Below, piece after piece: positions 40,209 through 54,116 of a stretch of DNA of 64,000 nucleotides; positions within the stretch are counted from its first letter, which is position 1, and every line of letters starts with the position of its first letter. Under the pieces are notes generated by a model. It was not told where the DNA came from and did no database searches. It saw nothing but the letters and a program-made list of their open reading frames with translations. The translations under genes and the position numbers were made by a program. Source of the DNA: Phoronis australis (taxonomy: Eukaryota > Animalia > Phoronida); NCBI GenBank assembly GCA_002633005.1, contig NMRA01000029.1, positions 1,274,086-1,338,085 of the forward strand, given 5' to 3'.

Positions 40209-41781
40209 ATTGCTGCGCATTTCCTGATCTTTTAAAATATATATATTTTCATCTTTAGGGACCCAACCCTTGAAGAGGGTTATTGATGACATTCAAGTGG
40301 CCACCATTTTCGTGTTTTTATTGACAGATTCTTAAGGGACCGCTCACGGAGAGAGAACCCAACGTTGGCATCGATTACCTCTATTTTTCTGTTTTGTATA
40401 TCGAACAACCGGCTATCATGTCGACGAAGGTCTTTTCTTGCATACGAAAATAGAATTGAGTGGCACCCTTTTCCAAGGATAATGATGTTTAGCCTTTCAT
40501 CTTTGTCTCCCATTTCAGATGAGACCCTCTCTCGGTGGGGCGGCTCGGGGGAATTGTACCTTTGTTCCTCTATGCACGTAAATCCGACACTGCCAAGTAT
40601 TCACGAAGGGAAGTTAAGACTCCAAATTCATTAAACACAAAACATTCGTGTACAACACAGCAGTATCAAGACATTCGAACCAAAAAACCAAAAAACGTGA
40701 AAAATACAATAAGATTTACCACTATCGAATAGGTGGAATTTTGAAGAACTTGAAGATCACTATTTGTGAATTAAACAAATTACACAAAATGACAATTTCC
40801 GGCGGTTATATATAACATAATGTTACTTTTCACATAGTATCACAAGAATAGTATTTCTTTTGAAGATCGTTACTAGGAGTTTTTTGTAAGGAATTCGCAC
40901 ATGTTGAACAAGCTGTCAGGGCCACGATTTGTGATGACCGTGCAATTGTCGAATGGGGGTACTCAAACTACTAGAAATCATAAATAAAGATTGGAGTTCA
41001 AGTTTAACTCGTGAACGGTTATACTTACTTTTGAACAGAGCAAAGATACACTTTAATTTGAATGCCCTATCTCCTATGTTCCCCCAGATACCCCTAAAAT
41101 CTGCAAGCATGCTTATAACATTTCGTTTTCATAAACAAACTCTTTGGTTTCAGATTTGCATGTTTATGTATCTAGGAAAATCGACAGATTCATGGATTAT
41201 TTTTGCAATTAAAAGATAATCTTGTAAGAATTCGTGATGTTTCAGTGAATTTAGTTGCAGCCTGAAGTTGGAAAAACTCAATAATCCTATACCCAAATAG
41301 TAAAGTACATTTAGACGATTTCTAAAATAACTGTCAAAGACATTGATGAAATTCGGACAGTTCCCAAAAATATACTCACATTTCAAAGGACAATAAAAGC
41401 ATTGTTTTTTGAATTGGGCACATGACTGGTTATTTAAACTTACAAACAACAGATTCTAAAGGAATTAAGTCATGAAATCAAAGTAAAGGCATCGCTAATG
41501 GAATGATTGTTGGCTCCTGATTTGCATATTTATTATCCACAAAAACTCGACTAATAGATTATTTTTGACAATTAGAAGCTAATCGTGTAAGAAACGGCGA
41601 TGCTTCGCTGAACTTAGTTGCAAGCTGACATTGTGAAATTTCGACCTATCATCAGTTTCTCAAATAGCAAAGTATACTAAACGATATTTGTCGAACTTGA
41701 AAGCCATCTCAAGGGTACTGATGAATGTTGGACAGCTCTGCAAAGTGTACAAAAATGTTTTCACAATTGCGTGGCAATAAA
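40209..41781. repeat. 1.57-kb direct duplication, copy 1
   Basis: Runs from attgctgcgcatttcctgatc to gcgtggcaataaa and is repeated right after the single n at 41782. Confidence 0.95.
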
Positions 41782-41782
41782 N

Positions 41783-43354
41783 ATTGCTGCGCATTTCCTG
41801 ATCTTTTAAAATATATATATTTTCATCTTTAGGGACCCAACCCTTGAAGAGGGTTATTGATGACATTCAAGTGGCCACCATTTTCGTGTTTTTATTGACA
41901 GATTCTTAAGGGACCGCTCACGGAGAGAGAACCCAACGTTGGCATCGATTACCTCTATTTTTCTGTTTTGTATATCGAACAACCGGCTATCATGTCGACG
42001 AAGGTCTTTTCTTGCATACGAAAATAGAATTGAGTGGCACCCTTTTCCAAGGATAATGATGTTTAGCCTTTCATCTTTGTCTCCCATTTCAGATGAGACC
42101 CTCTCTCGGTGGGGTGGCTCGGGGGAATTGTACCTTTGTTCCTCTATGCACGTAAATCCGACACTGCCAAGTATTCACGAAGGGAAGTTAAGACTCCAAA
42201 TTCATCAAACACAAAACATTCGTGTACAACACAGCAGTATCAAGACATTCGAACCAAAAAACCAAAAAACGTGAAAAATACAATAAGATTTACCACCATC
42301 GAATAGGTGGAATTTTGAAGAACTTGAAGATCACTACTTGTGAATTACAAACAAACAAATTCCACAAAATGACAATTTCCGGCGGTTATTTATAACATAA
42401 TGTTACTTTTCACATAGTATCACAAGAATAGTATTTCTTTTGAAGATCTCTACTAGGAGTTTTTTGTAAGGAATCCGCACATGTTGAACAAGCTGTCAGG
42501 GCCACGTTTTGTGATGACTGTGTACTTGTCGAATGGGGGTACTCAAACTACTCGAAATCATAAATAAAGATTGCAGCGTTTTTGGAGTTCAAGTTTAACT
42601 CGTGAACAGTTATACTTACTTTTGAACAGAGCGAAGATACACTTTAATTTGAATGCCCTATCTCCTATGTTCCCCCAGATACCCCTAAAATCTGCAAGCA
42701 TGCTTATAACATTTCGTTTTCATAAACAAACTCTTTGGTTTCAGATTTGCATGTTTATATATCTAGGAAAATCGACAGATTCATGGTTTATTTTTGCAAT
42801 TAAAAGATAATCTTTCAGTGAATTTAGTTGCAGCCTGAAGTTGGAAAAACTCAATAATCCTATACCCAAACAGTAAAGTACATTTAGACGATTTCTAAAA
42901 TAACTGTCAAAGACATTGATGAAATTCGGACAGTTCCTCAAAATATACTCACATTTCAAAGGACAATAAAAGCATTGTTTTTTGAATTGGGCACATGACT
43001 GGTTATTTAAACTTACAAACAACAGATTCTAAAGAAATTAAGTCATAAAATCAAAGTAAAGGCATCGCTAATGGAATGATTGTTGGCTCCTGATTTGCAT
43101 ATTTATTATCTACAAAAACTCGACTAATAGATTATTTTTGACAATTAGAAGCTAATCGTGTAAGAAACGGCGATGCTTCGCTAAACTTAGTTGCAAGCTG
43201 ACATTGTGAAATTTCGACCTATCATCAGTTTCTCAAATAGCAAAGTACACTAAACGATATTTGTCTAACTTGAAAGCTATCTCAAGGGTACTGATGAATG
43301 TAAGACAGCTCTGCAAAGTGTACAAAAAAGTTTTCACAATTGCGTGGCAATAAA
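41783..43354. repeat. 1.57-kb direct duplication, copy 2
   Basis: Same start and end strings as copy 1. Differs by SNPs and short indels, for example it lacks most of gtaagaattcgtgatgt and gains gcagcgtttt. Confidence 0.95.
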
Positions 43355-46300
43355 TTGTTTATTGACTTAGAAAGTACATCAGTGGTTTAAATTAGTTGAT
43401 GGGTTGACTATTAATTACATTTCTTCGTTTTTTTCATGATTTCTAAGTGAGATTTAGCCCAACGAACATAGCATGAATGCGTTTGATTTTTTTCAGTTGA
43501 ACTGTAGCCACACGAGGAGTCCTTCAAGGTGTTAACGTCACTGCTGCATGTCACAAAGTAGTGTGTGTGTATGTTTTGGAGCCTCTTTCAGAAACTAAGA
43601 AATCGACTTGGCATGACCACATGGCAATAAAAAACAGTGACACTACAACAAGCAAGACCTTTACCAGCCCTATGATTGACGCGTTGCATGCGTAAAGAGT
43701 TTTTTTACCAATGTAGTAAACCATAACATGAAGCATCGTGCTCAGGAACCAAGTCGATTCAGTGTCCTATCTGGATCAACGTTTCACCGAAAGAGTAAGC
43801 CTGATGCAACACTACGTCACAGCACGAGGACACTCCTTTTTGTGGTGAATGTGGCATGTCATGCAAACAGTATGCCTCCTTCTACAGGCATAGCAAGCAG
43901 AAATGTCATGAATGAAATCATTACGTCCAGTGGTGAAGGTTGTTAAGTCACTATAGTTTATTCAGATTTACGGAGTTTATGGTTGGCAGTTGTCTGATGT
44001 GATGGTAATTTGACATTTTGTTTTGAACCTTTTTTCCGCAAGTTTCTTTCTATATTTGTGTTATTTCAGAAGGATCTTTAACAGAATCAGTACAATTTTG
44101 TAGTGTTTAAGTAGATTTAAATGGCATACAAAGTGTCATTGGGTAATAATTACATACAATTGTTCTGACCAGTTAGTAATTTAAAAGAAAACATATGTCT
44201 ATGATTATTGTAGAAATTTCTTTCATGTTGTTGTTGAAATCCTGCGAGAGACTATTATACTATCAATCACTCCTAAGTACCTTGCCTATGATTCAGTGAT
44301 GATTTAGTCTAATACATTCCAAAAGTAATTCGTTGGAAATGTTTAATGGATTTGTAATATTGATATCTCTAAAGCAATCTTTTATATATTTTTGTAAGAC
44401 CAATTTTGAGGTATGTTTAATAAAGGATTAATATTATAATAAAAATGCTATAATATTGTTGTTCATTTCCTGTGTAAATCACTACAGTGTGTAGTTGAAG
44501 TGACGTTAATGACAACATTTTGACTACGTTTTAAGAAAATCACAATTTAGTAGGTGTATTATAACTGTCTCAATCTTTTCAATGTCACATTAAACTGGAG
44601 ATCGTGAACTGGAGATGCAGGTGAACTTAGGACCAAAACTACAAAACAGAAGAGTGAAAAACAACGTACATTCAAGCCACACGCCGGGTGCCACAAGTCA
44701 ATCTGTTCTTCTCTGTGTCGATGTTATCAGTAAAACATCAAGTAAAATCCAACCCGTTTTATCAGCACACCAGTTTACACAACTTCTGACCAATTTTTAG
44801 ATCCCAGGCCTTGGGCAAGCTCATCGTCATTCTTTGACTTCACTGGCTACTTGTTTCTTTCCTTTTGCTGTCACAATTTTACAAGAAGATTGTACGCTCA
44901 TCTGCTGCAATAATTTGTTTACCCCTGGCTGACACGCAACATGGAACAACTCCTGGGTGAGTCTTCAGTTTAAAACCCATTGTTCTCAGTGGTTTTGTCT
45001 AAATGTAGATGTTTGTATTTCAATTCCTGGTTGGATGTACCTTCACGTCGTGGGTAACATGTTCGTTGAAGCTCGCCTCACAATAACAGTGAACTTATTT
45101 CCTGAAATGAAAATAAATTCGTTTGTGAAACTTAAATTATGCTTGACGTTTATGTAGTTTCCATGGCAAATAGAAATATGCTATGCTGTTGTTCAATTTT
45201 GATACGAAAATAACACAGTAATGACGCGAAATGTGATTAATTCATAGCACCACACTTATTTTGTAACCCTTTTCACGTTTTGTCAGTAAAAAGTTCATTA
45301 ATATTCGACACAACACGATGCGTTCCAGATCGCATAAACAACACCAATTTGCGTTCCCGATCGCTCACCGTTGCGTTTTCGATCGCATCTTTCTTTCAAC
45401 AGAAAAGCGTCGACAAATTAGAGATCCTGCAAAAAACAAGCCTTGCGTTATATTTTCACACGTCATTTCTTCATAACTCCTTGCTCAATTTATTGATTTA
45501 GTGCCAAAAATAAATGCAATTTGCCAGCATGACATACAAATCACCTTCGTCTCATGCGATGCCTTGCTCAACGTAATTTTTCTCCTGTAATTGGAAGAGA
45601 CACTAGCCTAAACCTCTACCTACCCTTCTTCAATGTGTTACGCCTTGAACTCATGTCTCTGTTTTCACATTGTAAGTAAAAACAACGAGAATTTATCAAT
45701 TTTACTCACCTTGCCTGGCTTCGTTTCTCCCCCCCCCCGACAAATTTCGTTCTAGATCGCCTTCCGGGGTGAGATTGGTATGAAAAGTAGTCGAGCATAA
45801 GTCTGCATTAATTACAAAAGTTCTTTAGCTGTTAGCTGTTCAAATTACTGAAAATGATCTTAAGCACTCATCAACATTTCCTATTCATGCAATAACTAAA
45901 CTGAGACAATTTACAAAAAACACCATGCCGTTTAAAACCTCCAAATTCCACCACTTTTGATGGGATGCTAAAAAGTTTCAAAATCGGCCATTTTAAGTCA
46001 ATTTCAAGTGAACTTACATTTCTATCGTGACTAGGGAAACTTCGAGAAAAACCTGAGAGAGTGATTTTTGTTTTAGGGATAAAATGCACTTTTAGTATTC
46101 AAGGTATAAGCCATGTTTCTGGAGCATTGAAAATCTACTTTAACCATCCATTTTTGTTTTTGGTGTGCGACGATAACAATTTCTATAACGTATACCTACA
46201 TGTACGTGTCACGAGCTTCTTCCCAAGTTATCTCCACTGTCATTATTTTAATAAGTAGGAACGAAAAGAAGGATACACTTGGACCCTGAGTAATTAACAT

Positions 46301-47776
46301 ACAGCGAGATTGCATCTCAATCGAACAGTTTCCAAAATGATTTTTCATAAGATCTTAGCGAAACACCATAATAGCTCCTTTCTTTTGCTTACGCATTCTC
46401 AAAGCCTCACAGCAGTTAAAAGACTATTTAATATGTTTTTATAGTTTAATGAGCGTTTCAGCAAAGACTATCACGCCATCATGTAGTGGTAATTTTAATC
46501 AGTTTCACTGATGAAGATGACACTTGTTTTGTAACATCTCAATAATTTTAATTTATCATGTGGAGAATGAAAAATACTGAACGTACAACCTTGCCAACCA
46601 GGCCCATAGGAAGCCAAAATTATTGGGGGGACAAGCCATTGCGACTTCGCCAAACTACCCCTATCGCCATCACCTCCCCCCACCCCGTGTTCCGGACGCC
46701 ACCATATTTGTACCGCACCTCCCACGTCCGGCCTAGCTGGGGGGCAATCCCGGGGATGCAACCGCCAAGAATTGAGTAACAGTGAACTCACACGGAGAGT
46801 AAGAACGAGCCTAGGACCAGTGCACATACGTGTAGAGAGATGTCTCAAGTAGCTGTAGCTTAGATCTATCAGCGTCAAAATACGAAATTCCCGACGAACT
46901 AAAGCTAATTGCTGGTAAGCTCAGTTATAATTCACTTGAGAGAGGCAGCTTAGCTCGTATACATTCGTCTGCGCTGATTCTAAGGTCAAGATTCGTATTA
47001 TTATGATCCATTGTCGGGAAAACTCCATTTTTATGGTCATTCTTTGAAGGTTTTTTTTGAAAAGGTGAGGTCCCGAGGTCCCTGGTATATAGTGCCTTTG
47101 AGGCTGTTTCAAAATCCCTCGTTGAAACAAGACCAGCAGCCCAGTTTCTGATTTGGGGGCAAATTGATACAGAGTGTTTCCCAAAAACGTACACACTGCG
47201 ACGCCTTCGACGCGTAAATAACTGAGATTAAGAGCGGACTCACTGCACGGCTACATGTTACTTTTAACTTCTGTCATCGATAATTTATACATACAAAATT
47301 TATAAGTTTATTGTTTGAGGGATTACATATTTTGAAACCGTCCATATGGTACCGTTATGTACAAGACACGTTTACTGTAATGAATCGCTCAGAAGTTGAG
47401 TACAGAATCACGAAGAATCATGCACTAATTTATGCAGAATCTATGCCGGACAATTAAGCTGATTAACAGAACAGCACAGGAGGCTAATTACATTCAAGCC
47501 TCAAGGCATTTCTTCCACAAGTTATGTGGCGCCAGATGCAAACTGTCGCTAGCAATAAATGAGAGTACCTACAGACAACATCGCGAGACAAGCAAGTTCC
47601 CACGTGACTAGACTTCATGCTACTAAGATTTTACGTCAACTGAGGTACTGGGGATGGGTTAGTATTCAGTCCAACAAACAAGCAATATTCTCTGTATGAT
47701 ATAATGGTAATTTAGTTTTCAAAATGGTCCTTACTACTACGACATTTGTAATCAATGTACAAAAGCTATTTCATAA

Positions 47777-50700
47777 TTACATGTGCGTGTCCTGATGTGC
47801 CAACAAGACTTGCTTTTGACGTCGGAACCTGAGAGGTCTCTTAAGAAATGCCGTTACAAATAACATCACGATTATTGTCTTTGCTGGTTGCAGACAACAT
47901 ACATTAAAAACTAATCCAACCAGAAATGCTACAAGCCAATTCAAACTCCGTTGGTAACCATATTGTAAACCGTACAAAATAATAATAAATGATGAGCCTA
48001 AACACACAACGGCGAGGAGAAACCACGCGATTATAACAATCCACCAAGGCAGAACACAACAATCTTTATCCTGCTTCTTTAAATCGTAGGTAATATCTGG
48101 AGAGATGTCTTTTTGGGATGCGATAGATTTGTGTGTACTATCATCACTTTGTCCTCTGTCAGAATTTTCCGTTGCGTGGATTCTATTTTTGCTTTTTGCC
48201 TCGACACAGTGAGTACTGTCGGTTACGTTATCATTACAAAAAACGACACCCGTCGTCCCTGTAGTTCGTTGTATCAGGGATTCTTGTCTTTCAATGCTGA
48301 AAGTATGTGACCCCAAATCTTCTGTCAAAACCTCAGAACTTTCAACCTCAATCCCATCTCTAATTGTGCAAACAGACGCGACTTTGTTTTCCTCACACAC
48401 GGGTTCGTCCAGAATGTGCGTACAGCTCAGTTCTTCCAACTGTCTCGTTATGTTTGCCTTTAACCTGGGTTTCGCAAATCGAAACAAAGACACAATCGCC
48501 ACCTCGAAAGGTAACACCATTATACACGAGTTAATCCCAAACAATATCATAGCCCAGTTGCTTACTTGCTTATCCACCGATTCGATGTGTGTTGACTCGG
48601 CCTCTATTTCAAAGCATGCAATGTCAACGAGCATCGTCGTCAACAAAACCATGCAAGCGCAAGATAACCGCTGAACGCAAGTGAACTGGCTTTCCACTGG
48701 CCTCCCAAGAATGCTATACCACAAGTGCTCGTCGTGGATTTCACGTTTCATTTCGATGATGTAATTATTTTTAAATGATGTCATTTCTTTATGCGTCGCT
48801 GCCGTAAGCTCGCGAATGTTCTTTCGGTTGCCTCTATCAGTTGACAGCCAGTCGTTGCAAATGAAATACCACGAATCTTTGTTGTGTACGTCTAGCACGC
48901 AGATGCCATGCAAATACCAAGCTGATTTTCCTTCAGGATTGTCCTGCCAAATGCGTACCTTTTTCAGCGTCCCTAGACATGTCTGTGTAGCTAAAACGAA
49001 CGCATGCTCCGTGCCTCGGACCAGTTTGGTATTGCTGGTTAAAAGGTGGGACAAGCTCACACCCTTGCTCCCTATCAAAGAGATGTAGATGTTTGGTGTA
49101 GTCGTGGAATTTCGTTGCCATCCGGGGAGGACGATAGTCACGTAGAAATGACTGTAGTCGGTTTCATTGTCTTCAAGATAAACGGTTGTGTTTATTCGTT
49201 CGCAGTTCCTGTCATTACGCCAAGCGAAAGGCAGAACGAGAAGGTACAGGAACCACACAACAGACACGACGACAACAACGACAGTGTTGTCTTTAACAGT
49301 ACTGAACAGTAGTTGAATTCTTTTAAAATACAACGGGTTAGGCAAATTAAAACAACCGGCTGCTACTGCAGTCAGATGATTACACTTGCAGACTAGAGTG
49401 CTCGAAGAAGTTTCCCGCGACGGCCAGCAACCGTAGTTTGACCACATGTCTTCTTTAATGTCAAAGTACTGACATTTAATTGTTTGTGCTGTATATTTAA
49501 TTTCTACAGAGGTTGCATTGGAATGTTTGCCATATAAGCAACGACTATTATTTTTGCCTAGTGACAGTATTAGTTCTACAGAAAAAGAATAAAGCAGGTG
49601 TTCAGAAAATGCTGTATCTTTGTCAGCATTCAGTTGCAGCCAAACCGTCCAATTGTTCGATGACGAAATATTTTCATTGAAGAGTGGTGCGTATTCCGTG
49701 CCGTCTTTAATCACTTGTCTCGCAATGCAACTAATTTTCAGGTCAAGATCTTGTGCATTTAGAAACTGGATCCTGACAGCATCAAATCTGCTGACAGTGA
49801 ATGTATTGGTCAGTGTTGGATAAGCTGGCGATCCGCATAAAGAGTGAATATAATGGTCAACAGAGGACACCTCGTCAGACTCTAACACACGTATATTATA
49901 AAGGAAGAGAGCAACGGGTTTATGCCGGTTAGAATTCACTTCTAAGACTCGATCGGTTTCCAATGTTCGGTATTCGACTGACATCACAGGCGTAGTAACA
50001 TTTTCAGAACCTTTCGACCAATGATAAGGGTTTTTGCGAATCCAAACTGATTTTGTGAGGATATCAAGCTCGCCTGCCTCGGGTCCAGCACGAATTGCAT
50101 TTCCATCGACTAACTGAAGAGATCCGTGTTGAAAAGTAACCAAACTTCCTAGAGAACCAGTCTTTTTCAAAACTATATTTATTTCCACATTATCTGCCGT
50201 TATCTGCGTGGCTTCCTCTCCGGAAATCTTGGTCCTTGCAATACCAGATGCAATAACGTCTATTATATCTGTAGCAATTCTCACGATGGATTTGTCATAC
50301 ATTTTTCGATTTTGACCGACGACTTCAAAAGAAGATAGCATTATGTCACTAGTCACGTTTAGAGCCTGTTTGTATGTTTCATATTCAATGTCAGCTGTCT
50401 TGACGTCGTTGCTTTTCAGGGTTTTGTTCAGCAAATTAAGCGCAGTTCTCGCTGCATTCTCGGTCTTTGTGTACTCCTTGTTTAAGGATGCCAGAGCAAA
50501 TAAGGCTCGACCGCCCTTCACGACAGACGACGGAAGTTTGTCTAACCCAACTAGAAGTTCGTAACGAGCTTGTTCAAATTCACTATCTTCGTCATTTGTT
50601 TCGTCTATAAAACTAACAAGATGATTAATTAAATGTAGCGCTTCCTTAAACCTTCCGTACTTAAAATGTGTCTTCAACGGGCCGTCCACTGTGAGATGTT

Positions 50701-51327
50701 TAACATACTCTCGAACACTGACGCCATACTGAATTTCCGGAAAGTTAAATTGCTTAGACAACACAGATCCAAACATGTCTACAGCGCCTACACGAATATA
50801 GTTGCCATTGCACTTTATCTTTGAAAATTGTCCTTGGAAAATAGCATTATGGGACTGTCCTAGAAACAAGGTATACGCATTCTTGCAAACAACGGAATAA
50901 AACTTGTAGTAGGCAACACTTCCGTTGAAATTCCAACCAAAACCGGAGCAATTGATCGAAAATTGAATAAAGTATTCTAGGTGCTCTTCTTTGTGAATGT
51001 CGCAATTTCCTTTAACCGGTCCATAGTTCTTGACGGCAATTGTAACGTTACCGCCAGCATTGGCCGAGACAATGGCAGCCGTTATAACATAATCAGTTTC
51101 TGGTTTCAACGAACTACCATCGACTTCGAAGATATTCATTTCCTTTCCTGAAGTACTGAACACCACTCCTGTCGTGCCCAAACGTTTGTTAGATATTTTC
51201 CATTCGAAAACTAGTGGCGTAATATGACTACAGTGGACACAGGTAGCTTCAAGCTTGAACTTGCCATCAGCACGAGAGTATCGTCTTCCTTCGCCAACAC
51301 AGTTCCTCCGACAAACAATCTTAACAC
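47777..51327 (-). CDS. Gene B terminal exon: polycystin-1/PKDREJ-like core (partial REJ, GAIN/GPS, TM1, PLAT, TM2-5); no channel domain
   Basis: Phase-1 acceptor ttctcAG at 51329-28. The frame extends the listed ORF upstream with GVKIVCRRNC..LEATCVHC..FEW, homologous to gene A SVEVICVRNC..LVASCNNC..YDW. GPS CQYF..WSNYGC..CKCNHLTAV; PLAT FYVTIVLPGW..NIYISLIG..VRIWQDN..WYL..FICNDWLS; HLWYSILGRPVESQFTCVQRLSC; LPWW..; ..QPAK. Confidence 0.93.
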
Positions 51328-52057
51328 CTGAGAACCAGAAACGTGACAGCAGTTACGAGAAGAGAAATCATATGTCTCCAAAGGTCAATGAAAATATATT
51401 TCAAGTTTTTAACAGCCACTGCAGCCAGTAAACACTTTGCATAATAATTAAAGGTACCAGTCCGTGTCAGTAAAATAAAATGCACGACATGTTATTCACA
51501 GGTGGTTAATTTGTATACATGGGCTCCACCTTCAAAAGTTGGCGTGAGTTCATGTTGGTAAATTTCCACTCTTCACACGACACGAAGTATGTCCTTTCAT
51601 CATAAATCCCAACTTTTCTTGAAACTAACGTTATGAAAACTATATGCTACAAGGGCGTTTTACGACGCTTATTGTCGCACTCGGCACATGCAGCATTGTC
51701 CCCCGAGCGACAATAGTTGCCTGGTGCGGCAATCTATGCCGCCATCAACCACATTCATTGTCTCACGAGAGACATTTTCTTCGAGTGCGTCAGCTAGCAA
51801 CCATTCAACAATCAGCTGACGGCGTGCAATCACCTCTGTTGTTCGACAAAATCTATGCAACATGCACTTCCGACTGAGTGGGCGAAGTACTACTTACAGC
51901 TAGGCTATATCTAGACTTGCGTTGTCCAAGTATGAAGCGGTTTTATTCAAACTGCTAATTTATTTCCAATCACGCAGGACTTTAATCAGGAAGTCAATAA
52001 GTGAGATGTTAATGTTAAGCACAATAGGCGAAAGCAGTAATGTACACTAATGCTAAC

Positions 52058-52336
52058 TTGTTTTGATCCCACGTTGGAGAGTAGTTACAAGGATTCCCTC
52101 GCTAGTAACTTCATCAAATCCTTTCTTCATTGTTGTGACCGATATTGTGTACTCGCTATTGGGTAGAAGGTCTTTACAGCGTGCCCACAAACTGGCAGTG
52201 AAGTAATCTTTCTTGTTTCTCGTATTTACACAGGTTAACCTGTATCTGTCAACGTTTCCGTCGGCACGAGACCATGAAACCTTAATGGAATCGGACCTGA
52301 TTTCCTTCACGGTGATGTCTTTCACTTTGGCAAGAC
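52058..52336 (-). CDS. Gene B exon: FN3 domain (membrane-proximal)
   Basis: Acceptor ctttcAG|GT and donor ACAA|GTTAGC; an alternative phase-1 donor would end the exon at 52073. Peptide DSIKVSWSRADGNVDRYRLTC..RCKDLLPNSEYTISVTTMKKGF. Confidence 0.85.
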
Positions 52337-52662
52337 CTGAAAGTGAGTTAGCGTGGCCATTGGAAATACTGGGAGACTGGTTACTTACTCAGGCCCTGGT
52401 ATGTAGATAAATACCCTACATGTACATCATGAAATGCATACTCTCGCCACTTATATCTCTGCCAACACTTGAACATGAAAAAGCGAGACATCTGGACCTA
52501 GCACGCATCGGAAGAAATAAACAAACATCCGCCGTAATTCCCCCAAAACACACCGAAGGCGTTCTTGTATGGCACCTGTGAAATGAAACGATGAAAGGGA
52601 GAAATGTGTAGAAAAGCTTAAAAAACATGTGATAATACGTCGATCATGCCGCGAAAGTTTAA

Positions 52663-54116
52663 AAGAGTAGGCAACGTTTTTCATATCATTTTTAGTTAAA
52701 ATAAGGTTCAATGATTATCCCAGACATATTTTTCATTTAATTACAGATTTTCGTACTTCAATTAGTTACTCGTCCTCTACTCTGGAAGTGATGTTTTGGG
52801 ATGCAAGAATTTTGTTCTGCGTTGAGTTTACTGTGAGCATACGTACTACTTTTCTTTTCGTGCTGTTTCTGTAAGATTGTCGACACCACTTCCCATCGAC
52901 GAGTATTCTATGAAAACCTAAATTGTTAGAGAACTCAATTACGTTAGATTTACCGATTGTGTAGTTTGTAGTAACCTGAAAATGGCTGGAGTCGTTGACC
53001 GTAAAGAGGTGACTGATGGAGACATTGTTCATAGCAGTGGTGACAAGGATTTTTTCACAGACAGTCAGTGGGTAGGTATATGCTTGAGCCCTAGTATAAT
53101 GAGGCAGAATACGCACAGGCACAGAAAGCTGTTGAGAGGAATGAGGCAGGTACTGAGGACAGGCGTGGTGGGACGTCATCGTGCAAACACACGGTGTGCA
53201 CTGTTATATTGACCTCAAAACTGCTTAAATCCCGCCGTGTGACTCCTTCGCCACACACCTGACACCTTCTAAATAGCTCCTTTACTTTAGACTAGTCCAC
53301 AATAAACTTATCAAAGTTTGGCGCCTCGATCTGTCCTCTTCACTGGGTGTCGAACTGGGCCTGTATTCACTCATACTACTCAACATCGCTACAGGACTAC
53401 CTACAGGCACTGGGCTAGAGACAACAGCACGGAGCGAATCACTGCTAGTTCCCAGAATTGCAGGCTCTATACCTTCGGAGTCACGGGTGACAGTAGAAGA
53501 AGTGCCTCTAGTCGCTTTAGTGGCCACAGCTCGCGAGGCATCTCCCTACACAAACGCACTTCTCGAGGGTGGCGTCAGGGCACTGCCGCAAATGAAGAGC
53601 GACGGTATGGCACCCGTTGTTTCGCAAGGATCTTCATCAATTCAGCGTACATATCTCTCTCGTAATCTGGCGGCACACACTCGGTAACCTTCAACTGCTT
53701 AGCACGTTACGTGGACGGGTAACGCTGCGTTCTTCACATGAACAAGCCAAGTACGGCGAAGTATGTCATCCTTCGGAAAGCGATGTAAAGGTACTCCTAA
53801 AGCGCGTGAGACGATAATGAGTACATCCCGGAACGCAACAACAGTAACACATGTTGACTGACTCGTAAACAAAAGCATACGACTACCGAACTTATCACAA
53901 CCGAGGTAGAACAATGACTGACTTTACAGCTCTCACAGTCAGACTATATGAAAAGAAATTGTCGCGAAATTCTTGCCTCCCAAAACGTCACTTCCGGAGT
54001 AGAGGACGAGTAATTAATTTAATTACTAAAAGCTGTAATTAAGTGAAAATGACGCCTGGAAAATTCAACGAGCCTAATTTTTCGCTAAAAATGATATGAA
54101 AAAGGTTGCGTTCGCT
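52663..54116 (-). mobile_element. Kolobok-like DNA transposon with decayed THAP domain, in gene B intron
   Basis: TTAA at 52659-62 and 54117-20. TIR core gcaac(g/c)tttttcatatcatttttag at both ends. Minus-strand THAP relic ~53852-53590 across frameshifts: MCYCCCVPGC / LHRFPKDDILRRTWL..YRVCA / DYERDMYAELM / GAIPSLF. Confidence 0.8.

Noticed and set aside
40280-43022. Duplicated small ORFs (77-111 aa) as a tandem gene pair
   Set aside because: They have no domain features and recur only because the DNA segment is duplicated.
47777-47790. C-terminal T-H-M of gene B as a PDZ-binding motif
   Set aside because: Such short motifs arise by chance, and gene A (ending R-S-L) does not share it.
53282-53527. 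Ser/Thr-rich minus-strand ORF as a mucin-like linker exon of gene B
   Set aside because: It lies inside the TIR-bounded THAP transposon (52663-54116) and has no convincing splice sites.
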